A DNA stretch of 64,000 bases from Candidatus Poribacteria bacterium (GCA_965208325.1 OZ242326.1:3200001-3264000), one strand, 5' to 3'. Shown: positions 9,788-20,826, counted from the stretch's first letter. Notes: a model not told the origin generated them from the sequence alone. Made by a program: numbers and translations.

Positions 9788-11581
9788 TCAAACCTTGAAG
9801 ATTTCTCCCAGACGATTGCCGAGAAAACGTCCCGCGGCGATGAGGCATGCAGTCAATATAAACATCCCAACAACACCCATTGCACTGGCGACATAGGCTC
9901 CCCCTACCGGACGTTGCGAGAGATTCCAGATGGCTTTGGTAATCGGGTTGTATTGGTCTCGCATTGACAGTATTAAGCTGTCGGCGACTTCCAACATTGA
10001 GAATGAGAACACCAAAATAGAGCCAGCGATGATATTGGCTGCCACTAGCGGAAGCGTAATCTTGTAGAGAGAACGTGCTGGGCTTGCGCCTAAATTCTGA
10101 GAGGCTTCCTCGAATGTGACGCTGGTCTGCTGGAGTCCGGCATAAATCGAGCGAAGCATATACGGCAACCGCCTCACAGCGTAGCTGATGATTAGCAGTG
10201 CAATCGGGTTTTGACGTGGGTCTAATTTTGACACGATTTGATCCGGTAGATGGCGGAGTAGCAGTGTCGTATCCGCGAAACTACCGACATAACCAAATGC
10301 AAGCGCCACGCCGGGGAGCGCTAAAGGCAACATCGCGATAGCATCAATTGAATTTTTGAAAGGAATTCGTTTACGGGTGAGGAGATAAGATATTAGAATT
10401 CCAAAGATGAGCGCCAGCAAGGTACTGAACGTGCTGTAAAGTAAGCTGTTCTTAATGCTAGGAAGGGTATCATTGTGAGTGAACACAGTTTCATAATGTT
10501 TTGGTGTGTAGCTTTGCGGGAAAACACTGAAATTCCATTGACTTGCGTCGGGGGTTAGAGAGGTCAATACCACGCTGATGTGCGGGAGGAACGCTATGAG
10601 AAAAATTCCCCCCACCACAATATAAATCACGAGGCGCATCCGCATGCTGGCTTGAACTTCTCGAGTGCTGACATGACCGCGTCCCAACATTGCATACTGT
10701 TTGTTGCCTGTATACCGTTTGGATACATAGAATGCGATTGCAGTTAGCAAAATAACCAAAACAACAAGTGCGTAACCCATCGGGTTAACGTTTGCGTCGG
10801 TGACTTGCCGGAAAATTTGTACGGCAATTACATCGTTATAATTCAAAATTAACGGCGTGCCCAAATCAGTGAATGCCCAGATGAAAACAAGAATAGCGCC
10901 GGCGAAATAGCCGGGCAGCATAAGCGGGAATGTAACCGTCCGAAGCACTTTGAGGCGCGAAGCCCCCATGTTTTCGGCTGCTTCCTCCAGACTACGATCC
11001 ACATTGGATAGGGCGGCGACAACGTTTAAGTACATGATTGGATAGAGATGCAGAGTCGCTAACAGCACTACCCCCCAAAAACCGCTGCCGAACCAGTCAA
11101 TCGGTTCGTCAAATTCAATGAGTCCAATCTTCGTGAGGAACATATTTACGCTGCCATACAACCCGAAAAACTTCTGCATGCCAATCGCGCCGACGAAGGG
11201 CGGCATTATTATCGGAATCAGGATGACGCCCTGCAGAGTACTGCGTCCGGGGAAGCGATAACGCGTCAAGAAATAGGCGAGGGGAAGGCTAACGAATGTT
11301 GTGGCAATTGTTACGGCGATTCCAATCTTAAAGCTGTTAGTTACTAGTTGACGTGCGTTTCCATCCGTAACTATTAGCTTAAAATACGATAGGCTGAAAT
11401 TTCCACCGATCCAAAAAGATTCTTTGAATATGTAAAGAAGGGGATATATCAGGAATACGGTGAAGAAAAGGACAATTGGTAGGAGCAGGAGGAATACAGA
11501 GGAATCAATTGAACGAGCGGCAAAAGCGATAGGCTTATTGTACTTGGAGGGCATGAAAATTGTTTGGGCGGCTGAAGCCAA
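9788..11581 (-). CDS. ABC transporter permease, Fe(III)/thiamine (FbpB/ThiP-like) double-repeat type; start may be 11554
   Basis: About 12 TM helices; two EAA motifs (LEEAAENMGAS, FEEASQNLGAS); DLGTPLIL. Confidence 0.9.
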   Translation of the reverse strand: MASAAQTIFMPSKYNKPIAFAARSIDSSVFLLLLPIVLFFTVFLIYPLLYIFKESFWIGGNFSLSYFKLIVTDGNARQLVTNSFKIGIAVTIATTFVSLPLAYFLTRYRFPGRSTLQGVILIPIIMPPFVGAIGMQKFFGLYGSVNMFLTKIGLIEFDEPIDWFGSGFWGVVLLATLHLYPIMYLNVVAALSNVDRSLEEAAENMGASRLKVLRTVTFPLMLPGYFAGAILVFIWAFTDLGTPLILNYNDVIAVQIFRQVTDANVNPMGYALVVLVILLTAIAFYVSKRYTGNKQYAMLGRGHVSTREVQASMRMRLVIYIVVGGIFLIAFLPHISVVLTSLTPDASQWNFSVFPQSYTPKHYETVFTHNDTLPSIKNSLLYSTFSTLLALIFGILISYLLTRKRIPFKNSIDAIAMLPLALPGVALAFGYVGSFADTTLLLRHLPDQIVSKLDPRQNPIALLIISYAVRRLPYMLRSIYAGLQQTSVTFEEASQNLGASPARSLYKITLPLVAANIIAGSILVFSFSMLEVADSLILSMRDQYNPITKAIWNLSQRPVGGAYVASAMGVVGMFILTACLIAAGRFLGNRLGEIFKV

Positions 11582-11699
11582 GTCGGTAACAGCATCAATA
11601 ATTTTAGAAAGTTATGCCGCCCAGAAGACTTAAACCTCGCAACTCGAATGAGTTAGATGCCGAATTGGGCAAACGCGCCGGCAAAATAGCGGCTGTTCT

Positions 11700-13418
11700 C
11701 TATCGGGGCACAACAGCGAGTTCCCGATTTAAATTATACATTAGCGGCCGGCGGTCAAAATTTCCTACGAAGTCGTAAAGTCCGTAAAGAAACGATCCGT
11801 CATTTTGAATCGTTTTGTCTTGAAGCGAGTCATATGCCAGGTTTTTTAGATACTCGTTTTTTTCGCCAATCCTTTGCGCGACAAGGTTACGCCGCGTAGT
11901 AAAACGCACGGCTTTCTCTAGCTGCGTTGGAATGGGTGCTGAGACGTTCAGTGTGTCCGCCTTTTTGCTAATGCGATACGTCTTCTTGTTTTCGTGATTG
12001 ACTATCAACCACTTGCGGCCCTTGTCTTCAATCGAGATATTGGCATTCTTGGGTAGGGGGAGGCTATTGTTCTGGAATGCTTGCCGCAGATTTCCCGAAA
12101 TTGTTCGTTTATCCAATTCAGTTTGGAACTCTATCCCAATACTAGCGAGCGGCTTTTGACGCAGTTGGAGAAACCTCTTCATTAAATACCAACGTTTGGG
12201 GCCGCCGTTATAGAAGGTGTAGCCTGTCCAGTAGGACGGATTGAGATCTCGATCGAGGTTTAATTCGGTTTTGAGGAGATCGGCATTGTCGCCGTAAAAT
12301 TTCATGCACTTATCATACAAGTCATACATCTCATCCCGTTTGAGGTGGTACGCAGCTAGAAAAGCGCTGATATGGGGCGCTTTAAGCAAATTGATATAAT
12401 ATCTACCCGTAGGGTCTTTCTTAGGGTTGTAGGTGCCTTTGAGTTCTGCTTCGAGCCGAGTCAAATAGTTCTTCCATGTCAGCGGTTCACCTGTCTCCAC
12501 GTCTTTACCAAGGCTAAGGAATTCCAGAAAAGGGCTATATACCGGGGAGCCCGGGTTCATAATGTCGCGGATTAACCCGGGTAAAACCGCCAAGTTATTT
12601 TGTGCAATCCCAATATCATCGTTATTTACTCGAGCGTCATTGCGGCCTACTGCGATTTCATCGAAGTTTGATTCAATCTCAAAAATTTTCAAGAGCCGCA
12701 GTGGATCCACGCCGGCTACTTGCCCAGCCACGAGCGCAAACGGGAAGTATCGCCTGCCCTCAAACAGAACATGCCGCAACGTCATCGGGGAATAGCCAGG
12801 AACCTTGAGACCCTTCTGATAGATTAGTTCATCTGTCGTAATTCCGTAGACCCTACGCTCTGTTTCAAGATCGAAATTATTATAAATCCAATACGCTTGT
12901 TCAATCGCCGCGACAATTCGCTTCTCGAAGGTCAGTTGATATGACGAACGCAATGTTTCATCGTAAACGACGACTGATTGCCCATGCCAATCTCTTTGAG
13001 CATATCCTGACACTGCGAGTTCAATCAATTTCTGCTGGAGATCCTTGCCGGGCTGCGCAAGCTGATTTAGTACGTCATCAATTGCCGCGTCCTGAATTGT
13101 CTTTTGATTGGTCAACGTAACAGCAAGCGTCTGGTTATTTTTTAGATAATGCCAAACTGTGTCATGGTCCTTTACAATACGATACCCAAGGAAAACGCCT
13201 AGTGCAGAAATGCCTAGAGCGGTTAATATGGACGCGATTATCAAAATTATCCGGGAAGTTTTTTTCGCTATTGCGAAAAGGGAAGTTTTCGGTACAAACG
13301 GCGGAATCAATTTATGCAGGCAATCACCCATTTTTTTCTCATCCAAAATGAGCGGTTCAATTGGTGAAGGAACCGACTTGCGCCGATTACGATTCCATTT
13401 TTGCGGTGATGTTCCCAT
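11700..13418 (-). CDS. Membrane-anchored lytic transglycosylase (SLT/lysozyme-like) domain protein
   Basis: N-terminal TM helix; SLT-like motifs GVDP-x-x-L-x-x-I-x-x-IESNF-x-x-x-AV, DIGIAQ and FYNGGP in the expected order. Confidence 0.6.
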   Translation of the reverse strand: MGTSPQKWNRNRRKSVPSPIEPLILDEKKMGDCLHKLIPPFVPKTSLFAIAKKTSRIILIIASILTALGISALGVFLGYRIVKDHDTVWHYLKNNQTLAVTLTNQKTIQDAAIDDVLNQLAQPGKDLQQKLIELAVSGYAQRDWHGQSVVVYDETLRSSYQLTFEKRIVAAIEQAYWIYNNFDLETERRVYGITTDELIYQKGLKVPGYSPMTLRHVLFEGRRYFPFALVAGQVAGVDPLRLLKIFEIESNFDEIAVGRNDARVNNDDIGIAQNNLAVLPGLIRDIMNPGSPVYSPFLEFLSLGKDVETGEPLTWKNYLTRLEAELKGTYNPKKDPTGRYYINLLKAPHISAFLAAYHLKRDEMYDLYDKCMKFYGDNADLLKTELNLDRDLNPSYWTGYTFYNGGPKRWYLMKRFLQLRQKPLASIGIEFQTELDKRTISGNLRQAFQNNSLPLPKNANISIEDKGRKWLIVNHENKKTYRISKKADTLNVSAPIPTQLEKAVRFTTRRNLVAQRIGEKNEYLKNLAYDSLQDKTIQNDGSFLYGLYDFVGNFDRRPLMYNLNRELAVVPR

Positions 13419-13523
13419 AGTATTCTAAATTAAACGGTGAGTGTATCGAAATTGTCCGTGAATAATTTTAATCTGCTGATTCACGTTCATTCAATCTTAT
13501 GTTCGAGGTTTTAAAAATTTTCG

Positions 13524-15677
13524 TCACACATTACTCATGAAGAAATATTCCAACTGTTCGATGGGGGTTTCCAGCCGAGCCGGCATCAGCTCGCTGACAA
13601 GCGATCGAAGTTGCTTTTCTCCACCTGGAATTGTATGCAACTGCAAATTTTGCATATTGAGGTAGTGCTGAAGTTGTTGGATGAGAAATGTTTGCAGCCC
13701 GTTCCCTGATTCGTGCAGTTGGGATGGCAGCAGTGCCGGGACGCAAATGCCGCTGATAAAGGTCTCAATGAGTTGGGTATACTCATCAAGTTGTTGCGCA
13801 ATTTGATGGTATTCCTGAGTGGCATTTTCGCGTATCTGCTTGTTAAAATCTGCCACATCGCGCCGTACAAGTTGGACGTACTCTTCGTTCCACTCATTTT
13901 CAACGTATTGCCTATTGTTGGTGCAAATTCCTTTTAATTCCCCGGTAATTTGCATGAGGCGATTCGAAGTAGTGTTCTTTATAGTCTTATCGATTTCAGC
14001 CGCTAGTTGGGCGAGTGTTCCGATGAATTCTAGTTCAAAAGCCCTGATATCGCTTGTTGGTGTGCCTTTCATCAATTCCACAAGCTGATTGGAAATATCA
14101 TGTAACCCACGGGACTGCTTCAGATGAAGCAGCACAAGTATGTAGCTTGACTTACCCAAACTCAATGCTACATCGTAGGAAGAAAAGGAAGTCTGGCTTT
14201 GAATGTCGTGGACTTCTTTTTGGACTTTGAGCAAGTGTTCATAATAACTCTCTTGCTCGCTTTGAATGGCGGAGTAAGTGCCGGTGTTTGGGACTTCAAA
14301 CACTCTCTTTGTAAGAATTTCACGTTTGTCATTGATTTCGCGGTGCCGCTGCATTTCATCCGCATCTTCTAAGGCTTTGGCTAGCGATTCGATAGTAGGC
14401 TGAAGCCGATCTATTTGTACGCGAATCGGCGGATAGGCATCATAGCGCGCATCCGTTGTGATGTTTCGAATATTTCCGAGTACCTCGCCGAGTCTTTCTT
14501 CATACGCCTGATCTTCAAGCGGTGAGTATACATCTTCGTCCGCTTCCGCGTCCATGTCCTCCTCGGCCAGGAACATGTGCATGAATCGATAAAAATGCTC
14601 AAGTTGATTATCATGCAGCAAACTCGCCTCTACGTAGAAGCAGAGTTTATCTTTGATAATTGTGCAGCTATCAATCACTGAAGCGCGGTCGAGGCTCAAT
14701 GCTGCCAAACTAAGGTAAAAGAGATCTTCCTCAAGTTCGGCGAAGTGCTTTTCAAAAGCCAAAGCAATTTTTTCATAAGCTTCATCAGAAATTGATTGAT
14801 GCCGGTTTTGGCTGCCATCCGAACGATGTAAATCGCTGGCTTGTTGGCGGGTCTTCGTAATAATCAAAGGCGGATTGTCATCCGCTGCGCGGCTAGAAGG
14901 TCTACGCATCGACGATTCCTGATTATAAATATTGAGAGCAGCTTGATAGTGGCGCAGCAATTCGCCATTACCGAGTTCAATCAGCAGCGACTCGATTGTG
15001 TTTTTCGGATCAAGGGCAATTCCTTCCTGTGCAAGCAACCTGTTAGATAAAGCAGCGAACCCTTCGCCGCCCAAATTCCGAAATGGGCGCAGCAAAAATG
15101 CGCGTCCATCTTCAATGTAAATCTTTTGCTTGCCCAGTGGAAAGCGGTTCTTGATGTGACCTCTTTGGTTATCGAACCAGATTTCCATGGGGTATGTATT
15201 GTTGTAGACCTGAAAGTTGATGGTGCCTTCCAGTAACCGATCGAACAAATCTCGGCGGATGTGCTCAAGGTCATTAACGTCAATAAGAATTATCGAAGCG
15301 TTATCGTTAGTATGTAGATTGGCATCAATGATTTTGTCGTTTGGAACCAAATAACGCCGCTCGAAAAAATGAATGCCCGTAACATTATCGTTCGTAATGG
15401 CAAGCCTCGGTATATCATACTCATCATAATAATAATATGATTTCCAACTAAGCGCACGCCGCCTCATCTTCTCAAATAACTGGAAAGAGAGACGTTGTTT
15501 GACTTTCCTTTCACGTTTCGGCACTGATTCTGCCTGATACGGAACAAGTGCTCCCTTTGTGTCAGGAACCTGTAAGCTGAGTTGTGGCAGCGATGAAGTT
15601 TTTTTCTTGCTTGGTAGGCGGGTTAGCGCTTTATCAAGATATTCATTCCAATCGATCATCTTCATCTCCTTATGCAA
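13524..15677 (-). CDS. Large hypothetical protein with helical/coiled-coil C-terminal half
   Basis: 717-codon ORF; AAGGAG RBS before ATG 15665; no family recognised. Confidence 0.85.
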   Translation of the reverse strand: MHKEMKMIDWNEYLDKALTRLPSKKKTSSLPQLSLQVPDTKGALVPYQAESVPKRERKVKQRLSFQLFEKMRRRALSWKSYYYYDEYDIPRLAITNDNVTGIHFFERRYLVPNDKIIDANLHTNDNASIILIDVNDLEHIRRDLFDRLLEGTINFQVYNNTYPMEIWFDNQRGHIKNRFPLGKQKIYIEDGRAFLLRPFRNLGGEGFAALSNRLLAQEGIALDPKNTIESLLIELGNGELLRHYQAALNIYNQESSMRRPSSRAADDNPPLIITKTRQQASDLHRSDGSQNRHQSISDEAYEKIALAFEKHFAELEEDLFYLSLAALSLDRASVIDSCTIIKDKLCFYVEASLLHDNQLEHFYRFMHMFLAEEDMDAEADEDVYSPLEDQAYEERLGEVLGNIRNITTDARYDAYPPIRVQIDRLQPTIESLAKALEDADEMQRHREINDKREILTKRVFEVPNTGTYSAIQSEQESYYEHLLKVQKEVHDIQSQTSFSSYDVALSLGKSSYILVLLHLKQSRGLHDISNQLVELMKGTPTSDIRAFELEFIGTLAQLAAEIDKTIKNTTSNRLMQITGELKGICTNNRQYVENEWNEEYVQLVRRDVADFNKQIRENATQEYHQIAQQLDEYTQLIETFISGICVPALLPSQLHESGNGLQTFLIQQLQHYLNMQNLQLHTIPGGEKQLRSLVSELMPARLETPIEQLEYFFMSNV

Positions 15678-16048
15678 AACTATGAAATCGTTAGTGCTGA
15701 TTATTTGGCACGTGATGCTGAATCTATTGAGAGTTGGCGCCTAGACGTAGAGCGTACGTGAGAAATTACTGAAAGAGTTCTTGAAAATTAGCGCAATCGA
15801 AATGTGGTTTCAATTTATGGTAAAATGGTGTATAATGCTAGATTGAGGGGTGTTTAATGAAGTATAATGTAAGGAATAACCCGTTCTTAAAATTTCATGA
15901 AATGCGTCGTATGAAAAATCACTCGGCAAATATGATGTTTTATTGTTGAATTTCCGCACTCGTCAATTTCCAAGTATTTACGCCGAATAGAATAATATTG
16001 CATACCGGTGGATGTTCAATCACCTCAAGTATTGTAGCATAGCTCCCC

Positions 16049-17035
16049 ATGGAAGAAAAGAAAAATAATCTCATTGTAGGCCGTTATCAACAATTAGTAA
16101 TGAGTTATGATCCGTCTGTGGTAACATTGCCTTCAGAGGAAGATTTGAAGAAGGCATTGTTACTGTTAGATTTGTTGGCGGGCGACTTCGAAAAATCCAT
16201 CGGCTTTCTGAACCAATTGGAACACTTTGTTTCCGCGCCTCTCGATTTCAAGACATTTCAAAGGAAGATGACGGATCTCATAGAAGGTACCCGAGAAATT
16301 ACTGAGAGAGCACTCGATAATTACCACTACCTAACGGGCAATCTCAAGGACATTTATACTATTTTTACACAAACCGTTGAATCGGAAAATGCCATCGGTG
16401 AAACTCATGAAAGTTTAAATGCGCGGTTTAGATTTTGGATGCACTCAGTTGGGACTGAAAATGCAGCCGAAGGGGAAATCTCAAAAGAATTACAGTCCTT
16501 TTCTGAATTTATCCAGTTGCTGTCAAATGAACAATCGGGGTACGCCTATTTTTTATCTCCCCTTGGGGGAACGCACGTGCTCATCTGCCAGTATGTCCCT
16601 CTTGAACGTAGTTCGGAGGAGTTTGAGCTCCATTTCTCCACCTACGTGGAAGCGCCGGGTGCTCCCTTTAAAGGTTTAAAACGGGCATGGAATAAAATGT
16701 GCGGCGCCGCCAATAAGAGGGTTTACCATCTTTTCCGCGACTCACCCCCAAGCTCTACGATTGGTACATTCAAAGAGCGATTGTCGGTTTCAATCCCGCC
16801 CTATACACCTCATCGCTACAATCACGCGGAGCAGCTTACCAAGATTATCTATGACTTCATCAACGTTTACGGCGTTGACGCACGGCGCCATGTCCACCTG
16901 TTGAGCCACGATGATAAATTTGCCGTTTTCACGACCGATAGTCCAATACGGTTCGATGGACGTTTTGTTGACCTAGCGGATGTTGATACCGCTAGCGAAT
17001 TACTTGGAGCCGACTACCGCGTTATTATTGAATAA
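16049..17035 (+). CDS. Hypothetical protein
   Basis: 328-codon ORF divergent from 13524..15677; no family recognised. Confidence 0.8.
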   Translation: MEEKKNNLIVGRYQQLVMSYDPSVVTLPSEEDLKKALLLLDLLAGDFEKSIGFLNQLEHFVSAPLDFKTFQRKMTDLIEGTREITERALDNYHYLTGNLKDIYTIFTQTVESENAIGETHESLNARFRFWMHSVGTENAAEGEISKELQSFSEFIQLLSNEQSGYAYFLSPLGGTHVLICQYVPLERSSEEFELHFSTYVEAPGAPFKGLKRAWNKMCGAANKRVYHLFRDSPPSSTIGTFKERLSVSIPPYTPHRYNHAEQLTKIIYDFINVYGVDARRHVHLLSHDDKFAVFTTDSPIRFDGRFVDLADVDTASELLGADYRVIIE

Positions 17036-17480
17036 ATCGCAAGGCGTGGATATTCATTTCCAACACAAATTGGTGCTAACCGCCAGTTTTTCAGTATTAG
17101 CGATAATCCTCCAGTATTTTACTACTCAAATAAAACCCCAAGTCATTGGAGACATCGAAAATACGCTACTTGCAGCTACATTACCCAGCCTTCAGAAGCG
17201 ATTACCTAGCATGTAACGAAATCCAAGAGGCGTTTATTCCCAAGTACAAATCGTACCATCGCGGGGTCGCAAGAACTGGAGGATTTCGGCGTTCAATGGT
17301 CTTGACATAGACTGGAAATCCGTGTAAAATAACAACAACCTTTTTTGATTCTCCTTAGAGACTTGTCTTCGTCGAAGGGCAAGCCATACAAATTTGCAAA
17401 TGCACGGCTGATAACTTATCAATCCTTGTAAGAAACGCGCCGCAGCAGGTTTCAACCACTTAAGAGGGAGGTGAAAATCT

Positions 17481-18500
17481 GTGCAATCTAGAATGATTAA
17501 CTCAACGGTTGTGTTGGTTGGCGTGCTATTTTTGTCCAGCGCTGCTGTGCTAATGATTGCCCAAGCGCAAGCCCCTATTCGTTCAACCATTGCCGTTGCT
17601 ACATCGGGAGCGGATGGATTCGGAATCTTTCTCGTGGATCCCAAAAGACCCCAAGGCGGTGCAGAGCAACTCCTCGAAATTGAAGGCGATCCCATCCCCG
17701 GCGGATTGGAATGGTCCCCGGACGGCACCAAGATAGCTTTCCATACCAAAGTTGGACAGAATATTGATGTTTTCGTAGTCGATGGGCATGGTGATGGGCT
17801 CAAAAAACTGACCGACCATGAAGCCGAGGATAGCTGGCCAGCATGGCACCCGAGCGGACAAAAACTGGCATTCACGACCAATCGCGACGGCAACTTGGAG
17901 ATTTACACAATGACATCTTCCGGGGTAGTTATCGAAAACCTAACAAACGATCCCGCGCCAGACAAAAATCCAGCGTGGTCCCCAAATGGCCGTAGTATAG
18001 CTTTCGCTTCCAAACGCGGCCGTACTATCTCTGATGTCTGGATAATGGATTCCGCGGGAGGGAACCCGCAGAATCTGACCAATCACAAGGGAGAAGATAT
18101 TGAACCTTCGTGGTCGTGGGACGGTCAAAAGATTGCCTTCACGACCCGACGGTTTGGATCCGGGCGCGCTATGACAATGGACCCTGACGGCGGCAATCTG
18201 CTCAAGGTTTCGGGACCGGATGTTGAGCGAAGAGATCCCGAGTTTTCACCGGATGGCAAAGAAATCGCTACTGTGTGGTTCGGCGGCGGCCAGACACGTC
18301 TGGACATATACCCAAGCGACGGGAAGCACGCGGATGCCGACCAGCACGGACCGCCGGTGTGGGATATTATAGATCTCGGGTTCCCGAGTGCAGGACCGGC
18401 TTGGTTTGACCCCGACTTTGTGGTGCCATTCTCCGTTTCTCCTACCGATAAACGCCCTTTGAGCTGGGGTTGGCTCAAGAGCGCTGGAAATGAGAAATAA
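17481..18500 (+). CDS. Secreted TolB-like/PD40 single beta-propeller protein
   Basis: GGGAGG RBS; signal peptide ending AQA; WSPDG/WHPSG/WSPNG repeats; WG-x-LK tail. Confidence 0.9.
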   Translation: MQSRMINSTVVLVGVLFLSSAAVLMIAQAQAPIRSTIAVATSGADGFGIFLVDPKRPQGGAEQLLEIEGDPIPGGLEWSPDGTKIAFHTKVGQNIDVFVVDGHGDGLKKLTDHEAEDSWPAWHPSGQKLAFTTNRDGNLEIYTMTSSGVVIENLTNDPAPDKNPAWSPNGRSIAFASKRGRTISDVWIMDSAGGNPQNLTNHKGEDIEPSWSWDGQKIAFTTRRFGSGRAMTMDPDGGNLLKVSGPDVERRDPEFSPDGKEIATVWFGGGQTRLDIYPSDGKHADADQHGPPVWDIIDLGFPSAGPAWFDPDFVVPFSVSPTDKRPLSWGWLKSAGNEK

Positions 18501-18624
18501 TCCCTTTCATGGAGGCTCATTTCAAACGTAAATTCGTTACCTGCGAAGAGATGCCAAAACTTCTCGGACCAATATTGACGCTCCTGCATTGAACCGGTGA
18601 AAATCATCTTTGGGAGGTTGAATT

Positions 18625-19647
18625 GTGCAAGTGCGGAAAGTAGATTCGAAATTTTTGATTGCTATGGGTGTGCTTTTCTTGAGCGGCTTCGCCGTATTGA
18701 TGATTGCTCAAGCACAAGCCCCCCACCGTTCAACCATTGCGATTGCCACTTCTGGAGTGGAAGGATTTGGAATTTTTCTGCTCGATCCTCAGAAACCAGC
18801 AGCCGCTGCAGAACATCTCCTTGAAGTTGAAGGAGACCCCATCCCCGGCGGACTGGAGTGGTCGCCGGATGGTAATACGATTGCCTTTCATACACAAATT
18901 GGACAGAATATAGAAATCTTCGTGGTCGATGGCGATGGGAACGGTCTCAAACAGCTCACCGACCACGAGGCGGAAGATAGTTGGCCTGCTTGGCACCCGA
19001 GCGGCCAAAAGCTGGCATTTACGAGTAACCGGGACGGCAACCTGGAAATCTACACCATGACAATGGGTGGAGAAGTTATCGCTAACCTAACGAACGATCC
19101 GGCTCCAGATAAAAATCCCGCTTGGTCGCCGAACGGACGCAATATTGCTTTTACTACCAAGCGCGGGCGGACGTTGTCAGATATCTGGCTGATGGACTCC
19201 GCGGGAGGCAACCTCAAAAACCTCACCAACCACAAAGGCGAGGATCTTACTCCCTCGTGGTCGTGGGACGGTGAAAAGATTGCCTTTACAACGCGGCGGT
19301 TTGGAGCCGGCCGTACAATGCGGATGGACGCCGATGGCGAGAATCTGCTGAAGATTTCCGCGCGTCAAGTGCCGCGGTTAGACCCCGAATTTTCCCCGGA
19401 CGGAAAAGAAATAGCCAACGTATGGTTTGGAGGCGGCCAGACACGCCTCCATATATGGCCAAGCGACGGTGGGCTTGCCGACGCCGATGAGCACGCCGCG
19501 CCGGTGTGGAAAGAGATAGCACTCGGTTTTCCAAGTGCTGGACCCGCTTGGTTTGACCCTGATTTTGTCGTACCGTTCTCTGTCGCCGCTACAGACAAAC
19601 GGCCTTTGAGTTGGGGCTGGCTTAAGAAAGCCGGAGCCGAGAAGTAG
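18625..19647 (+). CDS. Secreted TolB-like/PD40 single beta-propeller protein
   Basis: Close paralogue of 17481..18500; GGGAGG RBS. Confidence 0.9.
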   Translation: MQVRKVDSKFLIAMGVLFLSGFAVLMIAQAQAPHRSTIAIATSGVEGFGIFLLDPQKPAAAAEHLLEVEGDPIPGGLEWSPDGNTIAFHTQIGQNIEIFVVDGDGNGLKQLTDHEAEDSWPAWHPSGQKLAFTSNRDGNLEIYTMTMGGEVIANLTNDPAPDKNPAWSPNGRNIAFTTKRGRTLSDIWLMDSAGGNLKNLTNHKGEDLTPSWSWDGEKIAFTTRRFGAGRTMRMDADGENLLKISARQVPRLDPEFSPDGKEIANVWFGGGQTRLHIWPSDGGLADADEHAAPVWKEIALGFPSAGPAWFDPDFVVPFSVAATDKRPLSWGWLKKAGAEK

Positions 19648-19768
19648 CGGGTGATAGACGAGAATTCATCCTTAACAATTTACGAAGAGAATTCGAAACA
19701 CGGCGGCTATCCGTTAACTTTCAATGCATTCAATCCTGATTTGCGATTAGCAAAAGGAGGTAGAAATT

Positions 19769-20794
19769 ATGCAACACTCGATAACTACTTTGCGTCTAAG
19801 CATATTCACAGGTGTGTTCCTCGTGAGTTGCTTTGTGACAATCTTTAGTGTACACGCTCAAGCGCCCACCGGTTCAACAATTGCAGTTGCCAGTGTAGGG
19901 GACGGTGGGACGCTCTGGCTCATGGATAAAGATGGAGAACAACAGCGCGCCATTCACGACATTGAGGGAGATCCGGTGGTCTTGGGGTTGTCGTGGTCAC
20001 CTGACGGCAATAAGATTGCGTTCTTTTCTGAAAAGAAGAAGGATGTTGACAGCGATGTGTATGTGATAGACGCCGACGGTAAAGGGCTGAGAAATCTCAC
20101 GGACCGTCAAGGGTTTGATGGCTGGCCCACTTGGCATCCCAGCGGCCAGAGACTCGCCTTCACTTCCGACCGAGACGGCAACCTTGAAATTTACACCATG
20201 TCTGCTCAAGGCGTCCTCGGCGGAAACCTCACGAACGATGCTGTTCCCGACCAAATGCCCGCTTGGTCGCCAGATGGCCGTAATATTGCTTTCGCCTCAA
20301 AGCGAGGAAAGACACTCGGTGACATCTGGGTGATGGACACTAGCGGAGGCAACCTCCAGAACTTGACGGATCATAGGGGACAGGACATTGAACCCCGATT
20401 TTCATTGGACTCCAAAAAAATTGCTTGGACAACACGGCGGTTCGGAGAAGGAGTCATCATGACCATGGACGCCGATGGACAGAACAAGATACAAATTTCG
20501 CCCAATCCTGAGAACGAAAAGCGCGATCCGGCGTTTTCACCCGACGGGAAGAAAATTATTTACATTAGATTCGGCGGCGGTACGGCAAATATCCAGCGGC
20601 GGTCGGTCAAACAGTTTGCAAAGGTAGAGGCAAACCTCTGCGCAGCGGATTGCTTTGAACTTCCGGCGATTGGTTTCCCGACACGTTCACCGGTATGGTT
20701 CGACCCGGATTTTGTCGTTGAATGGGCGGTTTCTCCTGCTGATAAACGCCCATTGACATGGGGCTGGATAAAACGGTTGGGACAGAGCAGATAA
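19769..20794 (+). CDS. Secreted TolB-like/PD40 single beta-propeller protein
   Basis: Third paralogue; AGGAGG RBS; signal peptide ending VHA. Confidence 0.9.
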   Translation: MQHSITTLRLSIFTGVFLVSCFVTIFSVHAQAPTGSTIAVASVGDGGTLWLMDKDGEQQRAIHDIEGDPVVLGLSWSPDGNKIAFFSEKKKDVDSDVYVIDADGKGLRNLTDRQGFDGWPTWHPSGQRLAFTSDRDGNLEIYTMSAQGVLGGNLTNDAVPDQMPAWSPDGRNIAFASKRGKTLGDIWVMDTSGGNLQNLTDHRGQDIEPRFSLDSKKIAWTTRRFGEGVIMTMDADGQNKIQISPNPENEKRDPAFSPDGKKIIYIRFGGGTANIQRRSVKQFAKVEANLCAADCFELPAIGFPTRSPVWFDPDFVVEWAVSPADKRPLTWGWIKRLGQSR

Positions 20795-20826
20795 TCCTTG
20801 GCGCAGACTCCGTCCACCAGCTAACG

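Noticed and set aside
15705..15720. Sigma54 promoter TGGCACG...TGC
   Set aside because: GG-to-GC spacing is 8 rather than 10.
17234..17893. 219-aa minus-strand ORF, and similar antisense ORFs such as 2510..3088, 36043..36660, 52295..52882 and 58869..59438
   Set aside because: They overlap well-supported genes on the opposite strand and have no recognisable motifs.
17481..20794. True tolB / Tol-Pal locus
   Set aside because: There is no TolB N-terminal domain and no tolQRA/pal neighbours; only PD40-type repeats are shared.
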